Of a stretch of 64,000 nucleotides of DNA, positions 45,314-55,023 are shown piece by piece. The stretch comes from Actinomycetota bacterium (GTDB lineage Bacteria > Actinomycetota > CADDZG01 > WHSQ01), in assembly GCA_013694625.1 (NCBI GenBank), contig JACDCD010000124.1, positions 7,539-71,538 on the forward strand, given 5' to 3'. The number at the start of each line of letters is the position of its first letter. Position 1 is the stretch's first letter. The notes under the pieces were generated by a model. The model worked only from the letters and a program-made list of their open reading frames with translations, was not told the origin of the DNA and made no database searches. Position numbers and translations under genes: made by a program.

Positions 45314-46063
45314 CTAGGGGAGGTTGCGAAGGCTCGATCGGAGCATGCCCTCGCGCATCCGGCGCGACAGCTCCACCAGCTCCTGCAGCGTCTCGTACGC
45401 GCGGGTTCGGGACTCGGGATCTCTCCGGTGAGCCAACGGCGACACTATCTGCCCGTAAAAGGTCGCCTCCCTGTCTGCGAACTGCCGGTACATCCTGAGA
45501 TGTCGTGCTTCGAGACCGTGACGGAAGAACCCGCCCGCAGCCTTGGCCACAATCAGATCGTCCTCGTTGTACGCGTCGTCTTCGTGCGGCGCCCGGAGAA
45601 GGCCGAAGTCCTCCAGGGCGGCCAGCCCGTCGTCCGACAGCCCCGCGGCCCTCTTCAGCTCCGCGCGTGTCAATTGTGCGCCGGTGAGGTCCACCGAGCT
45701 CGACCTTGTGGTTGCCACACTCGCGCGCGGGCTCGCCGGCGGCGCCCCTGCAGTGTCTGTCCGCGCCGCCAAAGTCTCTACCTCGACATCACGGTTACCC
45801 TCGAGGTCTTCCCCGCTCTCCAGCCTCGCTCGGATCACCTTCAGGGGAAGAAACTGATCGCGCTGGAGGGCCAGAATGTAACGGAGGCGATCAACGTCTT
45901 TGGTGAAGAACTTCCGGTAGCCCGACGGGGTTCTCTCCGGCGCTACGAGGGCCTCCGATTCGAGGAACCGGAGCTTGGAGATGCTGACATCCGGGAACTC
46001 CGGCCTCAGGAGCTCGAGAACCTCTCCGATGCTGTAGTAATCGCGCGACTTGGACAGCGGCAT
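45314..46063 (-). CDS. MerR-family regulator (Rv1828-like)
   Basis: YSIGEVLELLRPEFPDVSISKLRFLESEALVAPERTPSGYRKF. Confidence 0.8.
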   Translation of the reverse strand: MPLSKSRDYYSIGEVLELLRPEFPDVSISKLRFLESEALVAPERTPSGYRKFFTKDVDRLRYILALQRDQFLPLKVIRARLESGEDLEGNRDVEVETLAARTDTAGAPPASPRASVATTRSSSVDLTGAQLTRAELKRAAGLSDDGLAALEDFGLLRAPHEDDAYNEDDLIVAKAAGGFFRHGLEARHLRMYRQFADREATFYGQIVSPLAHRRDPESRTRAYETLQELVELSRRMREGMLRSSLRNLP

Positions 46064-46070
46064 AGAGCGA

Positions 46071-46538
46071 TCAGCCTCCGGTCAGGAAAACCAGTTTGAA
46101 CTTCCCGATCTGAATCTCGTCCCCGGAGCGAAGCTCCGCCCCTTCGACTCTCTCCCGGTTGACATAGGTGCCGTTGAGGCTCCCGACATCGCTCAGGGTG
46201 AAAACGTCACCCTCGCGCCGGATCTCGACATGCCGGCGAGAGACCGTGATGTCGTCGAGAAATATGTCGCTTTCGGGATGCCGTCCCAGTTGAGCCCCCT
46301 CCGAATCCAGGAAGAACTTGCTGCCCGCATTCGGGCCCCGCTTCACGATCAAGACCCCCCTGCCCCCCTCCAGCTCCTCGGGAGAGATGTGGACCTCCTC
46401 CTCGAGGTCGGCCTCGAGCTCGGCCGGCAGAAAGTTCACGGTCGTGTCACCCCCCACCCCTTCGGCCAGAGGAGATCCACACGACGCGCAGAAATTGGAC
46501 CCGTCCGGGTTGCGGTGCCCGCAGTTCGTACAGAACAT
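46071..46538 (-). CDS. FHA-domain protein with N-terminal zinc ribbon (GarA/OdhI-neighbourhood type)
   Basis: CTNCGHRNPDGSNFCASCG, then FHA core GRHPESDIFLDDITVSRRHVEI...SLNGTYVN. Confidence 0.85.
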   Translation of the reverse strand: MFCTNCGHRNPDGSNFCASCGSPLAEGVGGDTTVNFLPAELEADLEEEVHISPEELEGGRGVLIVKRGPNAGSKFFLDSEGAQLGRHPESDIFLDDITVSRRHVEIRREGDVFTLSDVGSLNGTYVNRERVEGAELRSGDEIQIGKFKLVFLTGG

Positions 46539-46588
46539 AGAGCGAACCTATAGGCGTGGCTGAGGTTTAGTAAAGCTTCTCTTCGATC

Positions 46589-46975
46589 TCATTTCTCCTC
46601 TATGGCCCTGCCGTAGTCCTCTGCGCTCATCAAACCCTCCAGTGCACCTTCCTCTGCGGCCTCGAGAATCACGAGCCACCCCCTGCCATAGGGGTCTGAG
46701 TTGACCAGCTCTGGATTTGCGTCCAGGTCGGCGTTGCTCTCGACCACAGTCCCGGTGACGGGGCTGTAGATGTCCGAGACGGACTTGGTCGATTCGACTT
46801 CGCCGAGGGGCTGACCCGCATGCACTTCGGTCCCCGCCGTGGGTAGCCCAACGAAGACGATGTCGCCGAGCTGATCCTGGGCGAAGTCTGTGATGCCGAC
46901 GGTGACACGCCGCTCGTCCTCACGGGCCCACTCGTGTTGGTCTGTGTAACGACGGTCCGAGGGTAGCTCCGGCAC
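46589..46975 (-). CDS. gcvH: Glycine cleavage system H protein
   Basis: Lipoyl-lysine motif GEVESTKSVSDIYSP. AGGAG RBS before the GTG. Confidence 0.92.
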   Translation of the reverse strand: MPELPSDRRYTDQHEWAREDERRVTVGITDFAQDQLGDIVFVGLPTAGTEVHAGQPLGEVESTKSVSDIYSPVTGTVVESNADLDANPELVNSDPYGRGWLVILEAAEEGALEGLMSAEDYGRAIEEK

Positions 46976-47019
46976 CTGCGCTCCTTTCTGTGTTGTTCTG
47001 GGGGATGGCTACGATACGG

Positions 47020-47035
47020 ATTGTCTACTTATCGA
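47020..47035 (-). repeat. 8-bp-phased units TCGATAAG-TAGACAAT (read on - strand)
   Basis: Overlaps the last codons and stop of the pgsA-like gene, about 45 nt upstream of the gcvH start. Confidence 0.4.
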
Positions 47036-47621
47036 CAAGGTGATAAGTCAATGCGTTAGTTGCGATCCGGTCCAGCGCCTCCCTCCCGTACATCATCGCC
47101 GCGATCCAGTAGAGGCCCGCACCGAAGGTCGTGGCCAGGACACCCAGGCGGCGGGGGCCGTCGTCCGACATGAAGCTGGTCGCCGAGGTGGCCAGGAGCG
47201 ACAGGCCGGCCAGGAGGCTGGCCGTAGCGGCCTTTCCGGTCCGGTTGACTGCTATTCGGCTGACACCGCGCCGCTCCAACACTCCGAAGCCCACGACGAC
47301 AAGCACGTCGCGCCCCACGATGGACACGGCCAGGCACGGCGCCAGATCTCCGCGTGAGACAAGCGCCCCTGCGAGCGTGGCGATGAAGACCCGGTCGGCC
47401 ACGGGGTCCAGGAGCGCCCCGAGCTTGCTCACCGAATGCGTGCGCCGGGCCAGGTATCCATCCCAGAAGTCGGTGACGGCGCCGGCCCCGTAGAGAATCA
47501 CGGCAGCGTCCTCCCTCCCGGTCAGAAAAAGCCTCAGAAACACCGGAGCGGTACCCAGGCGCGCCGCCGAGAGGGCGTTGGGCAACGTCGCCCATCTGCT
47601 CGAAGGCTCCTGCAAGCTCAC
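47025..47621 (-). CDS. pgsA: CDP-alcohol phosphatidyltransferase (PgsA-like)
   Basis: DFWDGYLARRTHSVSKLGALLDPVADRV matches D-x2-DG-x2-AR...G-x3-D-x3-D. GTG 47621 with a GGAGG RBS is preferred over the track start at 47738. Confidence 0.8.
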   Translation of the reverse strand: MSLQEPSSRWATLPNALSAARLGTAPVFLRLFLTGREDAAVILYGAGAVTDFWDGYLARRTHSVSKLGALLDPVADRVFIATLAGALVSRGDLAPCLAVSIVGRDVLVVVGFGVLERRGVSRIAVNRTGKAATASLLAGLSLLATSATSFMSDDGPRRLGVLATTFGAGLYWIAAMMYGREALDRIATNALTYHLVDK

Positions 47622-47817
47622 GCGTTGCCTCCAAGCCCTGTCGTCGTCGTTGTCCTCCACCTGCTCCCCTGGTCGCCCGGCAGAACGGGTGTCTGTTCGG
47701 ACCGCCCGGTTCGGATCATCCGGGGCTACACACCTCAATCATGCCCGATGCGATCGCCTGGGGCCAGCGGCCGGGCACCGTCCGTGCGGCCCCGTCCAAG
47801 CCATTCTCAGGAATCAG

Positions 47818-47892
47818 TCGGGACGGCCGGATTCGAACCGGCGACCCCTGGTCCCCCAGACCAGTGCGCTAACCAAGCTGCGCCACGTCCCG
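47818..47892 (-). tRNA. tRNA-Pro (anticodon GGG)
   Basis: Hand-folded cloverleaf. Acceptor stem CGGGACG/CGTCCCG, D stem GCGC/GCGC and anticodon stem CTGGT/ACCAG. The anticodon loop is CTGGGGG. The T arm is GCCGG-TTCGAAT-CCGGC. No encoded CCA. Confidence 0.9.
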
Positions 47893-47925
47893 AAAGGGAG
47901 ATGATAACCGTGGGGCGCGCGCAGG

Positions 47926-49269
47926 TCAGCGACGCCGGGCCGGCCTCCTGCGGACCTGGGTGACTATCGGACTTCCCCGGAAAGGTTCGTGCTCCCTCAG
48001 CCTGTTCTCGATATAGCGCAGGTAGCCCGACTCCAGCCGTGCAGTGGTGAATAGAACCACCGTGGGGGGAGACACCGACGCTTGCACCGAATAGAGAATT
48101 CGCACCGAACGTCCGCCCGTGCGCGGGTGGGGACTACGTTCCTGGGCGGCGCTGATGAACCGGTTCAGCGCGCCGGTCGAGAGCCGCCGGCGGTGTGATG
48201 CGATCGCCTCGTCGAGCGCCGGGAGCAGGCGCGCTATCCCTCGCCGGGTAAGAGCAGAGGTTCGGACCATCACGGCCCAGTCGAGAAAGCGAAGGCGCTC
48301 GGCCATGTCCTGTTCGAGGCGGAGCCTGTCGGCGGTGTCGGGAACGGCCAGGTCCCACTTGTTCACGGCCACCACGCACGCCCGCCCCGATCGGACGATC
48401 TCTTCTGCAAGCCTCTGATCGTGGGAAGTGACTCCGGTGGCCGCATCGATCACGAGAAGGGCAACGTCGACGCGGCCAAGGGTCGCGCGCGAGCGCACCC
48501 AACTGAAGTACTCGAGCGGCTCTTTGATCTCGACCCTCCGGCGCATCCCGGCCGTGTCGATAATGCGTAGAAGGCGTCCGTCCGGCATGGCCACGTGTGA
48601 GTCAACCGGATCGCGCGTGGTCCCCGGCACGGCATCAACGATGGCGCGCTCGTCTCCGAGCACGGCATTGAGGATCGAAGACTTGCCCACGTTCGGACGG
48701 CCGACTATCGCCGCGGATGCCCACTCGTCCCGAGCCGAAACGTCCCCCTGCGATCCCAGGAGCCGCGTCAGGGAGTCGAGAAGGTCTCCCGAGCCGCGCC
48801 CGTGCAGAGCGGAGACGCCCATCGGATCGCCGAGCCCCAACCGGTAGAAAGCGGCCACCCCCGGTTCATCGCGCGCGTCGTCCACCTTGTTGGCCGCTAC
48901 CAGAAGGGGCTTGCCCGAGCGTCGCAGAACATCGGCCACGATGAGGTCGTCCTCGAGAACGCCGGCTGCCGCGTCCACGACGAGCATGATGACATCGGCG
49001 ACATCGATGGCGACGTACGCCTGCTCTCCGGCGCGTGCCTCCAGGCCATCGGTCCCGGCCTCGAGTCCCCCGGTATCGACGACCTCGAACCGGCGGCCCG
49101 CCCATTCCGCAGAGAAGCCTCCCCGGTCGCGCGTCACGCCCGGTGTGGACTCGACGATCGCCTCGCGACGTCCCAGGATGCGATTCACCAACGAGGACTT
49201 GCCCACGTTGGGGCGTCCCACCACCGCGACGACGGGCAGGCGACGGCCTCCGGGCATCGTGTCGGTCAC
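47926..49269 (-). CDS. der: Ribosome-biogenesis GTPase Der (EngA)
   Basis: Two tandem G domains (GRPNVGKSS twice) plus a KH-like C-terminus. Confidence 0.95.
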   Translation of the reverse strand: MTDTMPGGRRLPVVAVVGRPNVGKSSLVNRILGRREAIVESTPGVTRDRGGFSAEWAGRRFEVVDTGGLEAGTDGLEARAGEQAYVAIDVADVIMLVVDAAAGVLEDDLIVADVLRRSGKPLLVAANKVDDARDEPGVAAFYRLGLGDPMGVSALHGRGSGDLLDSLTRLLGSQGDVSARDEWASAAIVGRPNVGKSSILNAVLGDERAIVDAVPGTTRDPVDSHVAMPDGRLLRIIDTAGMRRRVEIKEPLEYFSWVRSRATLGRVDVALLVIDAATGVTSHDQRLAEEIVRSGRACVVAVNKWDLAVPDTADRLRLEQDMAERLRFLDWAVMVRTSALTRRGIARLLPALDEAIASHRRRLSTGALNRFISAAQERSPHPRTGGRSVRILYSVQASVSPPTVVLFTTARLESGYLRYIENRLREHEPFRGSPIVTQVRRRPARRR

Positions 49270-49919
49270 GGTCGCCCCTGCGCGGAGATCAAGCTCAACA
49301 CTTCGGCGACGACCTCGTCCACGTTCCTGCCGGTCGAGTCGACGACGATGGCGTCCGGCGCTCGCACGAAAGGAGAAGCCGCCCTGGCCGCATCCGCTTC
49401 GTCCCTGGCGGCTATCGACGCTTCGAGCTCGGCCAGCGCCGCCGCGTCGTCGGTGTCCTGATCTGCAAGTCGCCGGAGGGCGCGCTCCCGAATGCTCGCG
49501 GTCAGAAAGATCTTGATGGCCGCGTCCGGAACGACGGCAGTCCCGATGTCCCGGCCCTCCATGACAACATCCCTCTGCGCTGCCAGCGCACGTTGTCTCT
49601 GAACCAGGACAGCTCGGACACCGGGCACCGCGGAGTAGGCCGACACCGCGCGCGTCACATCCGGCTCCCTTACCCGCTCGCTCACATCCCGGCCGTCGAT
49701 CAGGATCCGGTCACCTTCGATGACGAGATCGATGTCTGCGGCAAGCCGCTCGACGGAGACAGCTTGGCCGGGCGCCACGCCCCGCTCGAGCGCCGCAAGC
49801 GCCACCCCCCGGTACATGGCTCCCGTGTCGAGGTGCCTGTATCCGAGGGCAGCCGCCAGCCGTCGGGCGACGGTGCTCTTCCCCGCCCCGGCGGGCCCGT
49901 CGATGGCCACAACGGTCAT
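49266..49919 (-). CDS. cmk: Cytidylate kinase
   Basis: [16 protein letters not shown]...LDTGAMYR. Overlaps der (GTGA) and aroA (ATGA). Confidence 0.92.
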   Translation of the reverse strand: MTVVAIDGPAGAGKSTVARRLAAALGYRHLDTGAMYRGVALAALERGVAPGQAVSVERLAADIDLVIEGDRILIDGRDVSERVREPDVTRAVSAYSAVPGVRAVLVQRQRALAAQRDVVMEGRDIGTAVVPDAAIKIFLTASIRERALRRLADQDTDDAAALAELEASIAARDEADAARAASPFVRAPDAIVVDSTGRNVDEVVAEVLSLISAQGRP

Positions 49920-51259
49920 GGACGGATCTCCGATCCCGGGCCTGATCGCAGGGCCCCGAGGGACGTCAGGAAGCCCGGGAACGAGGTGTCTACGCAGTCC
50001 CAGCCTCTTATGGTCACCGGTCCGTCTGCTATCAGCCCGGCCACCGCGAGCGACATCGCCACCCTGTGATCACCCCCCGAGTCGACCTCCCCCGGCTGCA
50101 GTGTCGTGGGGCCCCCGATGGAGAGCCCGTCCGGGAGCGCCTCGACCTCGGCCCCGAGAGCAGCCAGCCCGGCAGCCATCGTTGCTATGCGGTCACTCTC
50201 CTTCACCCGCAACTCCCCCGCCCCCCGGATCAGGGTCCGGCCGGACGCCTGCGTCGCAATCACGGCCAGGATCGGCAGCTCGTCGATGAGGCCGGGGACC
50301 CCAGCCTCATCGACGGTCACCCCTCGAAGCTCCGAGGTCCGGGCCCGCAGGGTGCCCACCGGCTCCCCGCCCCAGTCGCCGGAATGCTCGACCTCGACGT
50401 CTGCGCCCATGGCGGCAAGCACCCCGAGGATCCCGGCGCGGGTCGGGTTGATGCCCACATCCGCGAGGGCGACGTCCGAGCCGGTGACGAGGACGGCGGC
50501 GGCGAGGATGAAGGCGGCCGACGACAGGTCGCCGGGCACCCGTCTGGGCCCTGCGCCCACCCGTCCGCCCCCCGCCACCGTGGCCGTGAGGGCGCTCCTG
50601 GCAACCGGGACACCCGACGCAGCCAGCATCCTTTCGGTGTGATCCCGGCTGGGACGCGGCTCGGTCACCGAGGTCGATCCCGGGGCGCCAAGCCCCGCCA
50701 GGAGCAGAGCGGTCTTGACCTGGGCGCTCGCCACCGGCAGCGAATGAACCCTGCCCGTCAGGTTGCTCCCCCGAACCATCAGGGGCGGGAGGCTGCCCTC
50801 GGCCCGCCCGTCGATGCGGGCGCCCATCGCCCGCAGGGGAGACACAACCCTGCCCATGGGTCGCCGGCGAAGCGACGCGTCCCCGGTGAAGACGAATGCG
50901 CCATTTGCGCCGGCGCAAACTCCGAGCAGACAGCGGAGGGTGGTCCCGGAGTTTCCCGCGTCGAGCACATCGTCGGGCTCGCGGGGGCCCTTCCCCCCCC
51001 AGCCCTCGATGTCAACTTGATCCTCATGCTCCGCCCACTGCACCGATGCCCCCAACCGGCCGAGCACCGTCGCGGTGGCGAGGACGTCCCGGCCCGGGTT
51101 CACCCCGGTGATGCGGGAATGGCCCGGGGCGAGGGCGCCCAGGATCAGGGCGCGATGGGAGATCGACTTGTCACCGGGCACCCGGGCGACTCCCCGCAAC
51201 GCCCCCGAGGGCCCGGCCACCACGGTGGAGGACGGTTGCCTCGAGGAATCAGACGACAT
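49916..51259 (-). CDS. aroA: 3-phosphoshikimate 1-carboxyvinyltransferase (EPSP synthase)
   Basis: PGDKSISHRALILGALA, 447 aa. Confidence 0.92.
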   Translation of the reverse strand: MSSDSSRQPSSTVVAGPSGALRGVARVPGDKSISHRALILGALAPGHSRITGVNPGRDVLATATVLGRLGASVQWAEHEDQVDIEGWGGKGPREPDDVLDAGNSGTTLRCLLGVCAGANGAFVFTGDASLRRRPMGRVVSPLRAMGARIDGRAEGSLPPLMVRGSNLTGRVHSLPVASAQVKTALLLAGLGAPGSTSVTEPRPSRDHTERMLAASGVPVARSALTATVAGGGRVGAGPRRVPGDLSSAAFILAAAVLVTGSDVALADVGINPTRAGILGVLAAMGADVEVEHSGDWGGEPVGTLRARTSELRGVTVDEAGVPGLIDELPILAVIATQASGRTLIRGAGELRVKESDRIATMAAGLAALGAEVEALPDGLSIGGPTTLQPGEVDSGGDHRVAMSLAVAGLIADGPVTIRGWDCVDTSFPGFLTSLGALRSGPGSEIRP

Positions 51260-51279
51260 GGTGATTTATCAACTTCTCG

Positions 51280-52383
51280 TCAGACATCCTTGTCGACTCC
51301 CGACCGCTCCACCCTGTAACCCAGGGTGGCCAGGGCCGACGACAGCCGCTCGGCCGCATCCGCGCCCGCCACGATGAGCTCCAGACGGCCCTTACCCCCC
51401 TCACTCGAATGCACGATCCTTAGGTCCTCGATGTTGGCCCCCAATTCCCCCGCCGCCGTGGTCACCTCCGCCAGTACGCCGGGGCGATCGGGGATCATGG
51501 TCGACAGCGCCACCGGCGTTCCGGCAAAGGTTGGCTTAGCGAAGAGATCGAGGCGCGCTCGCCGCGCCGCGTCGAGGAACTCCCGCAGCTGCGCCCAGTC
51601 CCCTGCCTCGATCATCCCGCCGAGCCATGCCAGACGCCCCCGGAGAGCCCCCAATGCCTCGAGTACCGCTTCACGGTTCGACCGGAGAATGGCGATCCAC
51701 AGGTCGGGGTTGCTCGCGGCGATGCGGGTCACATCACGAAAGCCCCCGGCCGCCAGTCCCAGGAGGGCGTCCCGATCCCCTGCCGTGGCTGCCGTGGTCA
51801 CGAGAGCGCTCGCAGTGAGCTGGGGCAGGTGGCTCAGGCGGGCGACCAGCGTGTCGTGAACCGAAGGGTCGACCGCCACGGGCTTGGCCCCGAGCCGGGC
51901 GGCCAACCGGGCCGTCCCCCGGTAGGCGGCGGGCCAGGTTCTCTGGGTTGGGGTGAGGATCCACCAGGCCGAGTCGAACAGCTGCGCCTCAGCGGCCCCG
52001 ATTCCGTGGCGCTCGGAACCCGCCATGGGGTGTCCACCGGCGAACCGTCCGCCGAAAGCCGCCTCTCCGTGGGCCACCACGTCGACCTTGGCGCTGCCGA
52101 CGTCGGTGACTATCGCATCGTCGGCCACCGCGCCCGCCAGAGCGTCGCAAGCGACCGGGATCTGGTCGACCGGCATGGCCAGTACCACCAGATCGGCCCC
52201 GGACACCGCCTCTTCCGCCGAGGCGGCGACTGCGCTGACAGCGCCGATGTCCAGTGCCGCCTTCATGGCTGCGGGGTCGTTGTCGTACCCGACCACGGAT
52301 ACCGCCGCCCCCGACCGGCGCAGTCCGAGCGCGATCGATCCGCCGATGAGTCCGGTTCCCACCACCGCAACGTGCTCGGCCAA
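51280..52383 (-). CDS. tyrA: Prephenate dehydrogenase with C-terminal ACT domain
   Basis: VAVVGTGLIGGS Rossmann motif, and an ACT-like PGVLAEVTTAAGELGANIEDL. Confidence 0.85.
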   Translation of the reverse strand: MAEHVAVVGTGLIGGSIALGLRRSGAAVSVVGYDNDPAAMKAALDIGAVSAVAASAEEAVSGADLVVLAMPVDQIPVACDALAGAVADDAIVTDVGSAKVDVVAHGEAAFGGRFAGGHPMAGSERHGIGAAEAQLFDSAWWILTPTQRTWPAAYRGTARLAARLGAKPVAVDPSVHDTLVARLSHLPQLTASALVTTAATAGDRDALLGLAAGGFRDVTRIAASNPDLWIAILRSNREAVLEALGALRGRLAWLGGMIEAGDWAQLREFLDAARRARLDLFAKPTFAGTPVALSTMIPDRPGVLAEVTTAAGELGANIEDLRIVHSSEGGKGRLELIVAGADAAERLSSALATLGYRVERSGVDKDV

Positions 52384-52426
52384 AATCTATACCTAACCTT
52401 GAGGGTTATTGAGGACCCGACCTTAC

Positions 52427-52795
52427 CTACTCCGGTAGATCGCTCCGGAGCGAGCGGGCCTCTCCGAGATAGACGTGGCGGAGCGTACCGTAGTCCCTTT
52501 CAGTGTAGAGGTGCATGAGGACCCGGATGCAGCGGGGCATCGACCCCGGGACCTCTATCTCGCGTGCGCAGAGAAGCGGGATGTGATCGATCCCCAACCG
52601 GCGCGCCGCGGCGGCGGGGAACTCGGCCGTCAGGTCCGCGGTCGAGGTGAACACCAGGCTGACGAGATCCCCGGTCGCCACGCCGTTGCGTTCCAACATG
52701 GCCTCGAGCAGATCCTCGGTCGCCGCGACAATGGCACCGGCGTCGTCATGCGTGACCGTGGTCGCTCCTCTCAACCCCCGAACCCGCTCGGTCAC
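52427..52795 (-). CDS. aroH: Chorismate mutase, AroH class
   Basis: RGLRGATTV...FTSTADLTAEFPA...CIRVLMH is collinear with B. subtilis AroH. Confidence 0.85.
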   Translation of the reverse strand: MTERVRGLRGATTVTHDDAGAIVAATEDLLEAMLERNGVATGDLVSLVFTSTADLTAEFPAAAARRLGIDHIPLLCAREIEVPGSMPRCIRVLMHLYTERDYGTLRHVYLGEARSLRSDLPE

Positions 52796-52817
52796 GCCCT
52801 CACCCCCTTTGGCGAGG

Positions 52818-52841
52818 GATGTCTACTTGTAGAGTTATCGA
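52818..52841 (-). repeat. 8-bp-phased unit array TCGATAAC-TCTACAAG-TAGACATC (read on - strand)
   Basis: Intergenic, between the rluB stop and the aroH start. Confidence 0.45.
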
Positions 52842-52862
52842 CTTGGCGATAGGTCACTTTGG

Positions 52863-53588
52863 CTACAATCCACAGGCTCGGTAAAGGGATCGCGCCTCCT
52901 CGTGGCCCAGACGCCTCAGGGTGCCCGGTCTGAGGTGGCCCAGCATCACCGGGCCCACCGCCGTTCTCACCAGGCGCTTCAACGGGTGGTCGAGGGATTC
53001 GAACATCCGTCTCACCTGACGGTTGCGACCTTCCCTGAGCTCGATCTCGACCAGGGTGCCCCCGGGCCAGCGTTCGACCAGGCGCAGCCGGGCTGGGCCG
53101 GTCATTCCGTCGTCCAACCGGACGCCCCCGGCAAGCGCCTTCAGGGCACGGTTGCCGACGGTCCCCCGAGCGTAGGCGAGATAGACCTTGGGCACGCCGA
53201 AACGGGGATGCGTCAGTCGATGGGTGAGCTCCCCGTCGTTGGTGAGAAGGAGGGCGCCCTCCGAGTCCATGTCCAGCCTGCCCACGGGCCACACCCGCTG
53301 AGGCGTCTCGACGTAGTCCAGGACGGTGGGCCGCCCCTCGGTGTCGGCCGCGGTGGTCACAACGTCAATCGGCTTGTTGAACAGGTACCAGACCAGATCC
53401 GCCTTGAGGGGCACACGTGAACGGTCAACTGCAACTTCATCCTTTGCCGGATCGATCCTCTGTCCCAAGACGGCCAGGTGCCCGTTCACCGTGATGCGGC
53501 CCGCCTTGATCTGGTCTTCAACCGAACGCCGCGATCCGATGCCCGCCCTGGCGAGCACCTTCTGCAGCCTCTCGCCTTCGGGACTCAC
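52863..53588 (-). CDS. rluB: rRNA pseudouridine synthase RluB (S4 domain + RsuA/RluB catalytic domain)
   Basis: ERLQKVLARAGIGSRR S4 motif and catalytic GRLDMDSEGALLLTNDG. GTG 53588 overlaps the scpB stop (GTGA). Confidence 0.87.
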   Translation of the reverse strand: MSPEGERLQKVLARAGIGSRRSVEDQIKAGRITVNGHLAVLGQRIDPAKDEVAVDRSRVPLKADLVWYLFNKPIDVVTTAADTEGRPTVLDYVETPQRVWPVGRLDMDSEGALLLTNDGELTHRLTHPRFGVPKVYLAYARGTVGNRALKALAGGVRLDDGMTGPARLRLVERWPGGTLVEIELREGRNRQVRRMFESLDHPLKRLVRTAVGPVMLGHLRPGTLRRLGHEEARSLYRACGL

Positions 53589-54148
53589 GCTCCCGGGGAC
53601 AGCTTCGACTCCATCTCCTCCACTGCTTCCGAGTCCGGGATGAAGGTTGCCAGAGCCGGCAAATCGCCCGTCGAGCGCAAGCCCATCCGCTCGAGGAACC
53701 CCCGGCTGACGGTCAGCATCAGGGGGGCTCCCGGGCCACTGTCTCGACTCGATTCCGTGATCAGGTCCCGCTGGAGCAGCGTCCTCACCACCCCGTCGGA
53801 GTCGATCCCCCTGATCTCGGCGATCTGCGCCCGTGAGATCGGAGCCCGGTAGGCGACGATGGATAGTACCTCCAGCGCCGCGCCGCTCAGGCGGGCGGAC
53901 TTGCGCTCCCTGACGAAGCGCTCGAGCCACGGAGCACAGTCGGGGTGGCTGTAGAACCGCCACCCTCCTGCGACCTCGCGCAGGACGAAGCCTCGATCCT
54001 CTTCGGCGTAGAGTCGGGCGAGCTCCCGAAGTGAAGCCTCAACCTCTACTCGAGGGGTCTCCAGCACCTCCCCGATATGCCCGGCCGGTAACGGCTCGTC
54101 CGCCAGGAGCAGGATCGCCTCCAGGACCTTGCGCTCGGGAACCGTCAT
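53585..54148 (-). CDS. scpB: Segregation and condensation protein B
   Basis: LEAILLLADEPL...LSGAALEVLSIVAYRAPISRAQIAEIRG. ATG 54148 overlaps the scpA stop (ATGA). Confidence 0.87.
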   Translation of the reverse strand: MTVPERKVLEAILLLADEPLPAGHIGEVLETPRVEVEASLRELARLYAEEDRGFVLREVAGGWRFYSHPDCAPWLERFVRERKSARLSGAALEVLSIVAYRAPISRAQIAEIRGIDSDGVVRTLLQRDLITESSRDSGPGAPLMLTVSRGFLERMGLRSTGDLPALATFIPDSEAVEEMESKLSPGA

Positions 54149-54930
54149 CCGCCCCTCCCCAGTGAATAGTCCTCGGCGGCGTCCAGGGCCGCCGACACGT
54201 CGGCCTCTCCCGTCCATGCAGCTTCGATCGCGCCGAAACGCTCCTTCTGATCGAGGTCCACGGCCCCGGCCTTGAACAGCTCGAGCAGGGCGAGAAAGCG
54301 GGCCACGACATCGATGGGTGTCAGACGCGCCCCACACAGTTCCTCGAGGGTTGCCCGCCCCCTGCGCCCGAGCTCGGAGGCCACCTCGAGGATTGCCTCT
54401 CTGACGGAAACCGTCGCGGGGAGCTCGAAGAAGCCATCGAGCTCGGGCGCAGGGGGCCCGGGGGCCAGTGCCCCTGCCGCGGCGCGGGCGAGGTCTTCGG
54501 GAGAGGTACCCGCGAGAAGGTCGGGCGCAAGGTCCACCAGGTGCGGCTCAAGACCTGCCGTGCGCCCATGCCAGGCGGCGCCGATCTCGAGGCCGGCCGC
54601 AATCCACGTTCCCGCCTCCCGATAGGTGGCGCACTCGAGGAGGCGGGCGAGCAGCAGGTCGCGCCCCTCGAGGAGGGCCGTATCCACTTCGTCCGTCTCC
54701 CGGGCGGGGAGCAACCGGCTGCTCTTCAGCTCGAGCAAAGTCGCCGCCACCACCAGGAAACCGGTGGACGTCTCGAGGTCGGTCGTCTCCATTCGGGCGA
54801 GCACCCCCATGTACTCATCGGTGATGGCCGCCAGGGGGACGTCGTAGATATCCACCCGCCTGCGCCCGATCAGATTGAGCAACAGGTCGATGGGACCCTC
54901 GAACACCTCGAGCTTCACCTCATGGGGCAA
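54145..54930 (-). CDS. scpA: Segregation and condensation protein A (kleisin)
   Basis: VKLEVFEGPIDLLLNLI N-terminus. TTG start. Confidence 0.85.
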   Translation of the reverse strand: MPHEVKLEVFEGPIDLLLNLIGRRRVDIYDVPLAAITDEYMGVLARMETTDLETSTGFLVVAATLLELKSSRLLPARETDEVDTALLEGRDLLLARLLECATYREAGTWIAAGLEIGAAWHGRTAGLEPHLVDLAPDLLAGTSPEDLARAAAGALAPGPPAPELDGFFELPATVSVREAILEVASELGRRGRATLEELCGARLTPIDVVARFLALLELFKAGAVDLDQKERFGAIEAAWTGEADVSAALDAAEDYSLGRGG

Positions 54931-54940
54931 CCGGGACCTT

Positions 54941-54964
54941 CCTATCTACTTGTCGATTTGTCTA
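54941..54964 (-). repeat. 8-bp-phased unit array TAGACAAA-TCGACAAG-TAGATAGG (read on - strand)
   Basis: Intergenic, 10-34 nt upstream of the scpA start codon. Confidence 0.45.
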
Positions 54965-55023
54965 TCGAAACACGCTTCCCCTTGGAGCCGAGCCTATCTC
55001 CGGATCCGTCCGGCGGGCGGGAT

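Noticed and set aside
47028-47037. TTATCGACA / TTGTCGACA strings as DnaA boxes (a possible oriC-like or datA-like cluster).
   Set aside because: They differ from TTWTNCACA / TTGTCCACA at the strongly conserved C of the CACA core. No dnaA/dnaN or AT-rich unwinding element is nearby.
54949-54972. TTGTCGA motifs as PafBC-dependent RecA-NDp promoters (TTGTCRGTG-N8-TAnnnT).
   Set aside because: None of the instances has the GTG extension or a TAnnnT hexamer at the required 8-nt spacing on either strand.
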